NCBI GenBank assembly: GCA_002434335.1
Contig: DJJW01000077.1
Location: 19,873 to 83,872, forward strand
DNA from: Lachnoclostridium sp. UBA6558
GTDB lineage: Bacteria; Bacillota; Clostridia; Lachnospirales; Lachnospiraceae
DNA length: 64,000 nt
Direction: 5' to 3'
Shown: one piece after another, positions 52,051-62,078 of the stretch
Numbering within the stretch: the first letter of the stretch is position 1
How the letters are laid out: every line of letters starts with the position of its first letter
Notes under the pieces: generated by a model
Seen by the model: only the letters and a program-made list of their open reading frames with translations
Database searches by the model: none
Told to the model about the DNA's origin: nothing
Translations under genes and position numbers: made by a program

Positions 52051-53304
52051 ATGAATGGTTTTAATACAATAGTAAAAATGAATATGAAATTGCTCTTAAG
52101 GAATAAGGGGTATCTCTGTTTTCTGATATTGCTGCCAATACTGGCAGTTATCATTCTGAATGTACAGAATATTAATACGGCAGATTCACAGGACAATGCC
52201 TATACCATACAGGAAATGGATCAGGAGAATAAGCTGATATTAAATATATCGAATAATAAATTAAACATTAAGGTTTACGACAGCAGTCAAAGTGAGCTTT
52301 CGGAATATATTTTACACAAATTGGCAAAAAACGGCTCCTATCGAATATACCGTTATAAATCACAGGCAATGGGTATAGAAGAGATAAGAGAGAGAGCACT
52401 TTATTCTGCAAATCATAATGTTATCGGTGGAATCATATATATTCCGCCTTCCTTTGAAGCGGAGATACTGGCAGGACAGGAAAGCAGTATGAGGGTATTT
52501 GAGGGAATGGAGGATGGAAGGAATGCTTTACTTTACAATGATCTGAATTCATATCTTCAGGGGCTTTACCGTTATGCTGCTTTAACAGGGTTTCAGAAAG
52601 AAGAACTATATTCACTTATGAATACTTCCGAAAAAGGAGAACCGGTTAAGGAATCAGTCAGCATTGAAGTTGGCGAAACCTTAAATCTCACCGCGAAACA
52701 GCTGGGCAGCAGCTCCAGTATTGGTTATTCACTGGCATTTCTAACAATTGCCTTCCTATTCAGCGGAGTGTTTATAGCTGCTAATGTTATTGAGGAACGC
52801 CAGAACAGAGTATATAACCGCTTCCTGTTATCCAGAGCCAGTTTAGGAGGCTATTGTCTGGCAAAGCTTATGATGATTCTCTTAACTGTCTTGATGCAGA
52901 CGGGAATTATGGGGATTGCTATTAAGCTGTTAGTAAAAACTGATTATGGGATACCCTTTGCAAGCTATCTCTTTCTGGTCTTCTGTCTGGGGCTTATCTT
53001 TAATGCTTTTAGCGTGGTAATCGGAATATTGGCAAATAATATATTGACAGCAAATTACATTGCTTTTATTGTCTGGTGTATGTCAGCCATATTGGCTGGA
53101 TTGTATTTTCCCTTAGACGGAGCCTCTGACTGGTGGGTCAGAGTATCCATGCTGATGCCACAGCGCTGGGTGGTAAAAGCAGCTGAAATGCTGATGGCGG
53201 AGAAAAGTGGTGTATACAGTATGTTTCTTCTGGTAGTATTCAGTTACCTGATAGTAATATCTTGCATTGGTTATCTGGGCACAAAGATAAAACGAAAGGA
53301 ATAG
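52051..53304 (+). CDS. ABC-2 type permease
   Basis: Same topology; IEERQNRVYNR, LAGLYFP. Confidence 0.88.
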   Translation: MNGFNTIVKMNMKLLLRNKGYLCFLILLPILAVIILNVQNINTADSQDNAYTIQEMDQENKLILNISNNKLNIKVYDSSQSELSEYILHKLAKNGSYRIYRYKSQAMGIEEIRERALYSANHNVIGGIIYIPPSFEAEILAGQESSMRVFEGMEDGRNALLYNDLNSYLQGLYRYAALTGFQKEELYSLMNTSEKGEPVKESVSIEVGETLNLTAKQLGSSSSIGYSLAFLTIAFLFSGVFIAANVIEERQNRVYNRFLLSRASLGGYCLAKLMMILLTVLMQTGIMGIAIKLLVKTDYGIPFASYLFLVFCLGLIFNAFSVVIGILANNILTANYIAFIVWCMSAILAGLYFPLDGASDWWVRVSMLMPQRWVVKAAEMLMAEKSGVYSMFLLVVFSYLIVISCIGYLGTKIKRKE

Positions 53305-53472
53305 CTGCATCGGCTCATAACCGCCGCTGTCAATTAAGGATTATAAGAAAGCTTTCATTAAGAAATTCCTAAGTCTGATTAAATCTCCTCTGGATATTTA
53401 TAATAGATATTTACATGGATTTGCTGTTTGACAGCTGGGCAGCAGTTGCACCGGCAGGAGGGGTATGTTAAA

Positions 53473-54684
53473 ATGAAGCCAAGAAGCCGGTCAGAACCGG
53501 CAACCGGGAGTAAGCAAAAGAAGCAGGAGAATTCGGGGGCAGCTATGGGTGAGAATGGAAAGCACTATTATTTCTCTGCTGTAAAATTATTTTGCATGGT
53601 TATGCTGATTGGATATTTTATCAGCAACAGTAAGGAATCACTTCACAATATCAGTGTGGAGTGGTTTCTTCTTGCTGTAGTTATGATTGCGGCCCTTGGT
53701 ATTGAGCTGGTGGAGAAGAAGGAAAAGAAATTTATTTTTCTATGTTTTGAAGTGTTATTAACAGTAATGTTCCTTGTGATATTTAAGAAAAGCAATAATG
53801 GTCTGTTTTTGTTTCCCATGGTCGTACTGGATCTGACTGTATTTTTTCGATTGCCTATGACAGCCTATTTGTTTACCTTTTCCGGCTTGCTGCTTCAGCC
53901 TGAAGATATCTACCTGTATGCCATTTACTGCCTGTTTCTCATGATTATATATTTTCAGAATAATATCATCATTGAGAAATATAAGAGATACATGGAGGGT
54001 TATGAGCAGAAGGAATATCAGCTTAAAGACACCCTCAGCATACAGGATGCAGCCTATAAGGAGCAATTGGCAAGAAGCAGCCTATCCTTTGAGAATCGGA
54101 TGCTGGAGGAAAAGGCTGTGTTGTCCCAGGCACTTCATGATAAACTGGGACATAGTATTAATGGTTCTATTTATCAGCTGGAGGCCTGTAAGGTACTAAT
54201 GAAGAAGGAGCCGGAGGAAAGTGAGCGAATCATGCAGGCTGTCATTGACAGCTTAAGAACCAGTATGGATGAGATTCGTGTAATCTTACGAAGAGAGAAG
54301 CCGGATAAGAAACGGATGGCATATCTAAAGCTGGTACAGCTCAGTGAGGAATGCAGGGAGAAGTTCGGAATAAAGACAGAATTTACGATTACCGGTCAAG
54401 ACAGGGAGGTTTCGGAGCCTATCTGGGAGGTTATATTGGACAATTCTATAGAAGCAGTGACCAATGCCTTGAAATATGCCGGTTGTACGGAATTGTACAT
54501 AGAGATTATCATCCTGCATAAGGTGATTCGCTGCAGTATCAGGGACAATGGTAACGGCTGCGAACTATTAAAAGAGGGAATGGGGATCCAGGGCATGAAA
54601 AACCGGGTGCGCAATGTAAATGGGTATATGGATATCAGCAGCAAGGCGGGTTTTCTGATTAATATGATTATTCCGCTTTCGTAA
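53473..54684 (+). CDS. Membrane sensor histidine kinase (HisKA_3)
   Basis: LHDKLGH, EAVTNALKYA, DNGNG, GMGIQGM; start uncertain (53473 or 53545). Confidence 0.92.
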   Translation: MKPRSRSEPATGSKQKKQENSGAAMGENGKHYYFSAVKLFCMVMLIGYFISNSKESLHNISVEWFLLAVVMIAALGIELVEKKEKKFIFLCFEVLLTVMFLVIFKKSNNGLFLFPMVVLDLTVFFRLPMTAYLFTFSGLLLQPEDIYLYAIYCLFLMIIYFQNNIIIEKYKRYMEGYEQKEYQLKDTLSIQDAAYKEQLARSSLSFENRMLEEKAVLSQALHDKLGHSINGSIYQLEACKVLMKKEPEESERIMQAVIDSLRTSMDEIRVILRREKPDKKRMAYLKLVQLSEECREKFGIKTEFTITGQDREVSEPIWEVILDNSIEAVTNALKYAGCTELYIEIIILHKVIRCSIRDNGNGCELLKEGMGIQGMKNRVRNVNGYMDISSKAGFLINMIIPLS

Positions 54685-54732
54685 AAGAACCACGGTCAGA
54701 GATTCTCTGCAGTGCCAGTAAAGGAGTAAAGA

Positions 54733-55362
54733 ATGGAGAAAATAAAGGTGATAATTGCTGATGACAGTGACTTTGTCAGAGACGGTATGCGAATAATTCT
54801 CAGTGTAGATGAAGAATTTAAGGTGGTAGGCTGTGCCAAAAACGGGAAAGAGGCCTTGGAGCTTGCAATGACCGAGAAAGCGGACGTGGTGCTGATGGAT
54901 ATCCAGATGCCTGTTATGGACGGCATCGAAGCAACACGGGAAATCGTACAGCGAAGCCTTGGAAAGATATTGATACTGACCACCTTCGATGAGGATGAAC
55001 TGGTAGAAAAGGCTATTAAGAATGGTGCAGACGGTTATCTCATTAAGAATCATACGCCGGAGCAGTTAAAGCAGATGATTAAATCCATTCATCACGGTGT
55101 AAATATTTTGGACGGGAAGGTTTTTTCCAAATTCAAAAACACGGCGATCAGGGCAAATGCAAGCTTTGACAGCAGTATTTTCACAGCCAGGGAGATGGAT
55201 ATTATCGGGGCTGTAGCAGAAGGCTTGTCCAATCGTGAAATTGCAGAGAAGCTTTTTATCAGTGAAGGGACCGTAAAGAATCATATCAGTACCATTCTTG
55301 AGAAAGGCAATCTGTCCCACCGCACCCAGGTAGCGGTATATTACCTTACCGGCAGAAAATAA
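54733..55362 (+). CDS. NarL/LuxR-family response regulator
   Basis: IADD, LMDIQMP, LTTF, GYLIK; GLSNREIAEKLFISEGTVKNH. Confidence 0.95.
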   Translation: MEKIKVIIADDSDFVRDGMRIILSVDEEFKVVGCAKNGKEALELAMTEKADVVLMDIQMPVMDGIEATREIVQRSLGKILILTTFDEDELVEKAIKNGADGYLIKNHTPEQLKQMIKSIHHGVNILDGKVFSKFKNTAIRANASFDSSIFTAREMDIIGAVAEGLSNREIAEKLFISEGTVKNHISTILEKGNLSHRTQVAVYYLTGRK

Positions 55363-55424
55363 TTATAAAACAATCCCTTCCTTGACGAAGGGCAGCATAA
55401 TTGATAGAATGAGCGAAAATAACC

Positions 55425-56012
55425 ATGAAGGAGAAGGAATGGATGAATTATGCGGTTAAACCTCTGGATAGCAGCAACGGAGAGGTATTTACAGACTTTC
55501 TGGGGAATCTGGACTTTAGTCTTACCCCTCATTGGGCAACCTGTTTCTGCAGATTTTATTACAGCGACTGCAGCATAGAAGAATGGGCGGCAAAAAGCGG
55601 TGAGACCAATAAGGCAGAAGCCCTGGAGGATATACGTAAGGGGAATATGAAAGGGTTTCTTGCCTTTGACGGAGATAAATGCATCGGCTGGTGCAGTGCC
55701 AATGATATCGTAAGATTTCCCCGGCTGTCAGAGGATGTCAGCCATCTGATAGAGGGAAAGCGGACAGGCTGTACCATCTGTTATGTGATACACCCTGAGT
55801 ACCGAAGACAGGGAGTGGCAAGATTACTGCTTCAATATGCAGTGGAAGACTTTAAGCAGAAAGGCTTTGACCATTTACTTGCATTTCCGGTAGTTGCGGA
55901 TACTCCTGCGGAAACACATTACAGGGGAAGCGTAAATATGTATCTGGAAAACGGCTTTCAGGAGATTGGTAACCAGGACAATGTGAAGGCTATGCTTCTG
56001 GAACTGAAATAA
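55425..56012 (+). CDS. GNAT N-acetyltransferase
   Basis: CFC N-terminus, IGWC, IHPEYRRQGVA. Confidence 0.87.
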   Translation: MKEKEWMNYAVKPLDSSNGEVFTDFLGNLDFSLTPHWATCFCRFYYSDCSIEEWAAKSGETNKAEALEDIRKGNMKGFLAFDGDKCIGWCSANDIVRFPRLSEDVSHLIEGKRTGCTICYVIHPEYRRQGVARLLLQYAVEDFKQKGFDHLLAFPVVADTPAETHYRGSVNMYLENGFQEIGNQDNVKAMLLELK

Positions 56013-56049
56013 AATATGGGTGGCGAAAGGTAGTTGGTCGCAAGGGGAC

Positions 56050-56264
56050 GGCAAATTGTTCAAACCAGAAAAACGTATGCTTCGATTTCAAGGTATAAGA
56101 AGTCCTAATTCTCTGGGTATTTCGTGCTTGACATATTCTAAAACAGATAACTCGCTTGCGCTCAAACAATCTGTTTTAGATTATAGCACAAAATATCCAG
56201 AGAAAAGGACTTACTAATACCTTTCCATAGGCGCATTCGTTCCTTCTGGTTTGTACAATTTGCC
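56050..56264. repeat. Long imperfect inverted repeat (REP/MITE-like)
   Basis: GGCAAATTGTTCAAACCAGAA...TTCTGGTTTGTACAATTTGCC with nested arms and loop AACTCGCTTGCGCTCAAACA. Confidence 0.8.
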
Positions 56265-56358
56265 TGTACTCATTTGCAAATATGGTTTTGATCCTTGAAT
56301 TATTTATTACTACTGATCGTATACGAAAATTATAATAAAAAAGTATTTCAAATTTTCG

Positions 56359-56747
56359 TTGACAGATTGAGGTGCATATGATAAATTGTAAACTAATAAA
56401 TATACAAGTTAATAAATATATATATTAAATGCAGTGACAAGGAGGAGTACATACTAATCCGATTTGCAGAGAGAAGACGGCAGGTGAAAGTCTTCATTCA
56501 GGTAGTATGGAAGTAGCCTTTGAGCAGTGAACCCAACGGGAACACCTGGTAAACCTATGGAAACAGGCTGTTCTTTAGTAGACTTCAACGGAATTTTCCG
56601 CCGTTACACGGAAAGCGGTATCGATATCTTTGAGCACTATGGCAAGAGTCCGTATCGTAATGAGTGCAGAGAACTTTCTCTGAATTTAGGTGGTAACACG
56701 GATAATTATTCGCCCTAAGCTAAAACTTTAGCTTAGGGCTTTTTTGC
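56359..56747 (+). promoter_or_regulatory. Promoter and valine T-box riboswitch
   Basis: TTGACA-17-TAAATT; AGTA/AGAGA/GGTGAAA motifs; specifier GTA at 56513; AGGTGGTAACACG at 56688; terminator 56712-56745. Confidence 0.9.
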
Positions 56748-56832
56748 GTCTGACTTAGGTGGAATAGCAAGAAGTACGATAGCATCCCATTTTCGGTATC
56801 TTGAGTGCCGACAGTTTAGAAGGAGGAGAACC

Positions 56833-58554
56833 ATGGAAATGAAAGGAACATCACTTTTTATCAAAGCACTGAAGGAAGAAGGTGTTGATACACTCTTTGC
56901 CTATCCGGGAGGACAGGTAATCGATTTGTTTGATGCACTTTATGATTCAGAGGGAATCGAGGTAATTCTGCCAAGACATGAACAGGGGTTGATACATGCA
57001 GCAGACGGTTATGCCCGGTCAACAGGTAAAGTGGGTGTCTGTCTGGTTACCAGCGGACCAGGTGCCACCAATCTGGTTACCGGTATTGCAACTGCCAACT
57101 ATGACAGCGTTCCTTTGGTTTGCTTTACCGGACAGGTACCCACTCATCTTATCGGCAATGATGCTTTTCAGGAGGTAGATATTGTAGGTATCTCCAGGAA
57201 TATCTGTAAACATGCCATAACAGTAAGAGACAGAAAAGACCTGGGTAGGATTATCAAAGAAGCCTTCTTTATTGCAAGGTCCGGTAAGCCTGGGCCGGTA
57301 GTAGTAGATCTGCCAAAGGATATTCAGCAGGCTATGGGAAGTGACGAATATCCAAAGGAAGTATCCATCAGAGGGTATAAGCCCAATACGGGTGTCCATG
57401 TAGGACAGGTAAGGAGAGCGCTGAGTATCTTAAGTCAAGCGAAGAAGCCCTTATTCTTGGTAGGCGGCGGCGTTAACATCGCCGATGCGGGCAGAGAGTT
57501 TACCCGTCTGGCCGAACTTACCGGTATGCCGGTAATTACTACTATAATGGGAAAAGGCGCGATACCCACAAATCATCCTCTGTACATCGGCAACATCGGA
57601 ATTCATGGGAACTATGCAGCCAATCGTGCAATCAGTGAATGTGATGTGCTCTTTTCTATCGGTACCAGATTCAATGACCGTATAACCGGAAAAATTACGG
57701 AATTTGCCAAGCTCGCTTCGATCATTCATATTGATATTGATGCGGCTTCCATCTCCAGAAATATTCAAGTGGATATACCCATCGTAGCCGATGCCAAAAC
57801 CGCTATTTTAAAGATATTGGAGGAAGCGGAAGCTTTGCCTATTAAAGAGTGGACAGAAGAGGTTAAGAGCTGGAAGCAGGAGTATCCTTTGGAAATGAAG
57901 AAATACGAAGGTATGACGCCGGAAATAATTATTCATAAAATTAATGAAAAATTTAAAGACCTTATCGTAGTAACGGATGTAGGGCAGAATCAGATGTGGA
58001 CCACACAGTATCTTGAAATGGATCATAACAGAAAGCTTCTGACCTCCGGCGGACTTGGCACAATGGGGTACGGACTGCCGGCTGCCATCGGAGCACAGCT
58101 TGGTAACCCAGGTACTCCCGTAGTATGTATTTCCGGTGATGGTGGAATGCAGATGAACATACAGGAGATGGCCACAGCTGTTGCTTTGGAGCTTCCCTTG
58201 ATTCTCTGTGTCTTTAACAACTCTTATCTTGGAAATGTACGCCAGTGGCAGGAAATGTTCTATGGAGGACGTTATGCCTATACCTGTCTTACTGCCAGAA
58301 GAAGCTGTGCTAAGGATTGTAAAAATCCTGAAAAATGCTGTCCGAAATACTCACCTGATTTTGTAAAACTGGCGGAAAGCTATGATGCAGCAGGAATCCG
58401 GGTAGAAAAAACCGAGGATATTGACGGAGCACTGGAGGCTGCCCTTAGGAAGACAGATGCACCTACTCTCATAGAATTCATCATAGAGCCCGAAGCCAAT
58501 GTGTACCCGATTGTACCTACCGGTAAACCTTTAAGTGAAATGGTAATGGATTAA
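56833..58554 (+). CDS. ilvB: Acetolactate synthase large subunit
   Basis: YPGG, RHEQG, TSGPGATN, GGLGTMGYGLP, GDGG, VRQWQ. Confidence 0.97.
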   Translation: MEMKGTSLFIKALKEEGVDTLFAYPGGQVIDLFDALYDSEGIEVILPRHEQGLIHAADGYARSTGKVGVCLVTSGPGATNLVTGIATANYDSVPLVCFTGQVPTHLIGNDAFQEVDIVGISRNICKHAITVRDRKDLGRIIKEAFFIARSGKPGPVVVDLPKDIQQAMGSDEYPKEVSIRGYKPNTGVHVGQVRRALSILSQAKKPLFLVGGGVNIADAGREFTRLAELTGMPVITTIMGKGAIPTNHPLYIGNIGIHGNYAANRAISECDVLFSIGTRFNDRITGKITEFAKLASIIHIDIDAASISRNIQVDIPIVADAKTAILKILEEAEALPIKEWTEEVKSWKQEYPLEMKKYEGMTPEIIIHKINEKFKDLIVVTDVGQNQMWTTQYLEMDHNRKLLTSGGLGTMGYGLPAAIGAQLGNPGTPVVCISGDGGMQMNIQEMATAVALELPLILCVFNNSYLGNVRQWQEMFYGGRYAYTCLTARRSCAKDCKNPEKCCPKYSPDFVKLAESYDAAGIRVEKTEDIDGALEAALRKTDAPTLIEFIIEPEANVYPIVPTGKPLSEMVMD

Positions 58555-58770
58555 AGCTGCTTACGTATAGGAGTAATGGCGAGTTCGGAAGTATCGGATA
58601 AGAGCTACAATTCTATAAATGACAAGTGTTTTATAACCGGTTTTATGTAACGGATGGAAGATTGAATAAAATACCTCAAATCAAGTTGAGGTGTCTTTGA
58701 TAATTGTAAAATAAGCTTCCAGGAAAATCACGTTGTACAGGATAATAAGATAGAGGAAGGCAGGAGAAAT

Positions 58771-59295
58771 ATGGGAAAAGCAGCAGAGAATATCATAAAA
58801 AAAAGATGGATTTCTCTTTATGTTGAGAATGAGATAGGAGTTCTTGCAAAGATCTCCGGACTCTTTTCAGGGAAATCCTACAATCTGGACAGTTTAACCG
58901 TTGGTGAGACGGAGGATGAGACAATCTCCAGAATGACCATTAGTGTTACCAGTGATGAGAGTACCTTTGAGCAGATTAAGAAACAGTTGAACCGATGTGT
59001 TGAGGTAATTAAGGTAGTGGACTTTACCGATATTCCCATTCATATGAAGGAAATATTATTTATTAAAGTTAACAGCCTGAATGCGGGAGAGAAAGAGGAG
59101 GTATTCCGTATTGCTCAGATTTATGGAATATCTATAATAGACTGTGACCGCAGTAATCTGCTTCTGGAATGTGTTCATACGGAGAGTAAAAATAATGCGC
59201 TGATCAAGCTGTTTAAGAGTTCCTTTCCCAACCGCATTGAAGTAATCAAAGGTGGAAGTGTGGCTATTGAAGCGATTAGTATGGCGGACAGGTAG
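58771..59295 (+). CDS. ilvN: Acetolactate synthase small subunit
   Basis: ACT domain VENEIGVLAKISGLF..YNLDSLTV..SRMTI..EQIKKQL. Confidence 0.93.
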   Translation: MGKAAENIIKKRWISLYVENEIGVLAKISGLFSGKSYNLDSLTVGETEDETISRMTISVTSDESTFEQIKKQLNRCVEVIKVVDFTDIPIHMKEILFIKVNSLNAGEKEEVFRIAQIYGISIIDCDRSNLLLECVHTESKNNALIKLFKSSFPNRIEVIKGGSVAIEAISMADR

Positions 59296-59567
59296 TTGTA
59301 GTTGTCGCAGGAAATAAGCAGATGATGATATTGATGATAATCAACCGGTGGTTTAGAAATAATTGCAAAACTTAATCCTGAATATATGGAAAAAGGCTCC
59401 ATTAACTATTATAGTATAAATACAGCGCTGTAGCATTACATTGCAAAGAAATCTTTCCAAAGACCAGAGGATAAGATCCTTATGGAGAGTAAATTTGTAA
59501 AAATAAAATTATAAATAATGTTAGTGAGTATTTAAACGTGTGTTAACGCACACAGATAGGAGCTACT

Positions 59568-61322
59568 ATGATAGATAATGAAAAAGTCGGAAGCAGGATT
59601 GCGGTATTAAGAAAGGCAAAGAATCTGACAGGTGAACGTTTTGCAGAGCTGCTTCACGTAACACCTCAGGCGGTAAGTAAATGGGAGAACGGTAAAAGTC
59701 TTCCGGAAACGTATCTGCTACCTGGTATAGCAGGTATTCTTGGGACCTCGATAGATTCCCTGTTATTACCCCAGGAACTGGTTATTTTAGAAGCTGTGTT
59801 TACGGACGGAGAAACTCAGGTGGAGGTTACACGGATACTTAACAGCAATATTAACGGAAATGCTCTGTACATCAGTGCAAATGCAAAGACCATGGGTTTT
59901 ATAAAGGAGAGTGAGCGGCTTAAGATACTGGCAGTAACTTACCGCACACCGGAAGGAATCTTTCATGACTATGTTACGGAAGATGGTTTTCTGTCCCTGA
60001 ACCTTAAGGAAGGCAAGTACAAAAAGGAGGACAACAGGCAGATAATCGGTGCATTCTATGGCAATCGGGAGGATTACAGGGACTGCATGGTAAAGATAAA
60101 ACATTATGACTATTTTGCCTGGAAGGAAATACCCGTAGGGCATGAGAGTTTCCCGAGTTCTACAAAGACTGAGAAACAGGAATATCTGACGCTGATCTAT
60201 CGTAACGGGGAAGGGATTCGTGTCGTCAGCTGCAGAGAAGGTGAAGCGCTGTGTTACTCCAAAGACGGGAAGGATTTATACAGAAAAGATACGTCCTGTG
60301 CGGAGCTGGCTGGTATTGCGCCTCTGGAATGGGAACAGGGTATGGACTGTACCTGGGCAGGGGCGCTGACCAGAGCTTTTCAATATCTGGGAGAGACCTG
60401 TACCTACGAACAGCTGATGGGACTTTCCGGTGCCTGCTACCGTATTGCCTTTACAGAGGTCTGGGATTACAGCGCTGTGGATGCGCTGGTGGCCTATGAT
60501 TACTCCACCCCCCTCTTTAAAGCGGCAGGCTATGAGCAAATCTGGGCTGAACGTCTTAGAAAAGAAGAAAGGACAGCAGAGAGGCATAGAATTGTTGCCG
60601 ACATTGATGAAGGGAAACCTGTTATAGCCATTAATCTAAGGATTGCGCCGGAATGGGGTGTTATAACCGGCTACAGAGATAATGGTAAAATACTCCTTTG
60701 CAGAACTTATTTTGACGGAGAGCTGTTAAAAGAAAAAGGGATGGATTATTTGGAGGCGGATTTCTGGCCTTTTCTGATAACACATATTGGAGATAGAAGA
60801 GATAAGCCTACGGATTATGAAAGCTTGCTTGCCTCACTGGAGTTACTGATAAAGTCTTTCCGGGCATCTGTGCAGAACGGTTATTACCAGGGAGAGGAAG
60901 CATATGAGATGTGGATTGAGGGTCTGTTAAAAGAAGAATTATGGGATGGCCATAGCAGGTACGAAGAGATTGACAGAAGAATCGGTGTCAATGATACCAC
61001 CCTCTTAAATCTTATTGATGCCAGAAGAAGTGCAGGGGTTTATTTAAAGGAAGCCGCCGCCTTTGTTACAGAAGAGTATCAAGAGTCAATTAGTCTGTTA
61101 AGTACAAATTATAATGAAATTGCAGAAAGCCTTATGAATTTCAGAGAACAGTCAAAAAAGAATGCCACCGAAAAGGTACATTATAATGAAATTGATACGG
61201 GACGTAATTTCAGTAGAGACTTTCGCAAAAAGCAGGCACAACTGTTAAAGCAGGTACTGGATATAGAAAGAGATATAGTGGCTGCCGCAGAGAAAGTTCT
61301 TAAGGAATTAAGAAATGAGTAA
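59568..61322 (+). CDS. XRE-HTH protein with large uncharacterised C-terminal region
   Basis: LRKAKNLT..FAELLHVTPQAVSKWENG..P; 584 aa. Confidence 0.85.
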   Translation: MIDNEKVGSRIAVLRKAKNLTGERFAELLHVTPQAVSKWENGKSLPETYLLPGIAGILGTSIDSLLLPQELVILEAVFTDGETQVEVTRILNSNINGNALYISANAKTMGFIKESERLKILAVTYRTPEGIFHDYVTEDGFLSLNLKEGKYKKEDNRQIIGAFYGNREDYRDCMVKIKHYDYFAWKEIPVGHESFPSSTKTEKQEYLTLIYRNGEGIRVVSCREGEALCYSKDGKDLYRKDTSCAELAGIAPLEWEQGMDCTWAGALTRAFQYLGETCTYEQLMGLSGACYRIAFTEVWDYSAVDALVAYDYSTPLFKAAGYEQIWAERLRKEERTAERHRIVADIDEGKPVIAINLRIAPEWGVITGYRDNGKILLCRTYFDGELLKEKGMDYLEADFWPFLITHIGDRRDKPTDYESLLASLELLIKSFRASVQNGYYQGEEAYEMWIEGLLKEELWDGHSRYEEIDRRIGVNDTTLLNLIDARRSAGVYLKEAAAFVTEEYQESISLLSTNYNEIAESLMNFREQSKKNATEKVHYNEIDTGRNFSRDFRKKQAQLLKQVLDIERDIVAAAEKVLKELRNE

Positions 61323-61473
61323 TGCAAGCTGGTTACTTAGAAGTGGTTTCTATTGAACGAATTCGGATATTAATAAATGGGTATGATTTTTATAGCTATT
61401 ATAAACTCATTAAAGCAGTAAAAGTCAGAGCTTGACAAAGTCATAAAAATCAGTACTTGACAAAATCAGAATG

Positions 61474-61815
61474 TTGACAGACTAAAAAATATATGCTATC
61501 ATAACAAAAATTTTATAAATCAAAGGCAGTGAAGAGAAGAGTACACTATAATGGATGCCACAGAGAGCCTCGGTTTGCTGAGAAGAGGCGCAAAAGGTAT
61601 GGTGGAAAAAAGCCTCGGAGCCGCGTACCGAAAGAGATATTCTCCTGAGGCTACGATGGGAGCGCCCATTACAGCGCCAGAGTATCGACTGATGACAAAT
61701 AAGCCTGAAGTTCGTACTTGAAGAGGTTCCTTTTGCGAAAAAGGAATGAAACAGGGTGGTAACACGAAGCATAAGCTCTCGTCCTTGAATAAAATCAGGG
61801 AGGAGGGCTTTTTTT
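61474..61815 (+). promoter_or_regulatory. Promoter and lysine T-box riboswitch
   Basis: TTGACA-17-TATCAT with TG; AGTA/AGAGA/GCTGAGA motifs; specifier AAA near 61608; AGGGTGGTAACACG at 61753; terminator. Confidence 0.92.
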
Positions 61816-61849
61816 ATTGCAGAAATTTTATCTTGGTGACATGGACATA

Positions 61850-62008
61850 AAAGAAAAAACGAACAGACAATAGAGGCAAAGACGGTAAAGACAAAGACGG
61901 ATAAAAGACAAAGACAGTAAAAACAAAGACGGTAAAAGATAAAGGCAGTAAAAGATAAAGACAGTAAAAGAAGGCAGTAAACTCAAATAATGACAGTAAA
62001 CTCAAAAC
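61850..62008. repeat. Purine-rich degenerate short repeats
   Basis: Recurrent AAAGAC(G/A)GTAAA and AAAGAC units. Confidence 0.7.
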
Positions 62009-62078
62009 TATGAGAGTAATCAAAAATTATTATTTACAACTAGTAAGAAGTGCAAAGAAGCATGGTAAAGGAGAACAT

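Noticed and set aside
56020..56217. 65-aa ORF
   Set aside because: Runs through the long inverted repeat with no coding hallmarks
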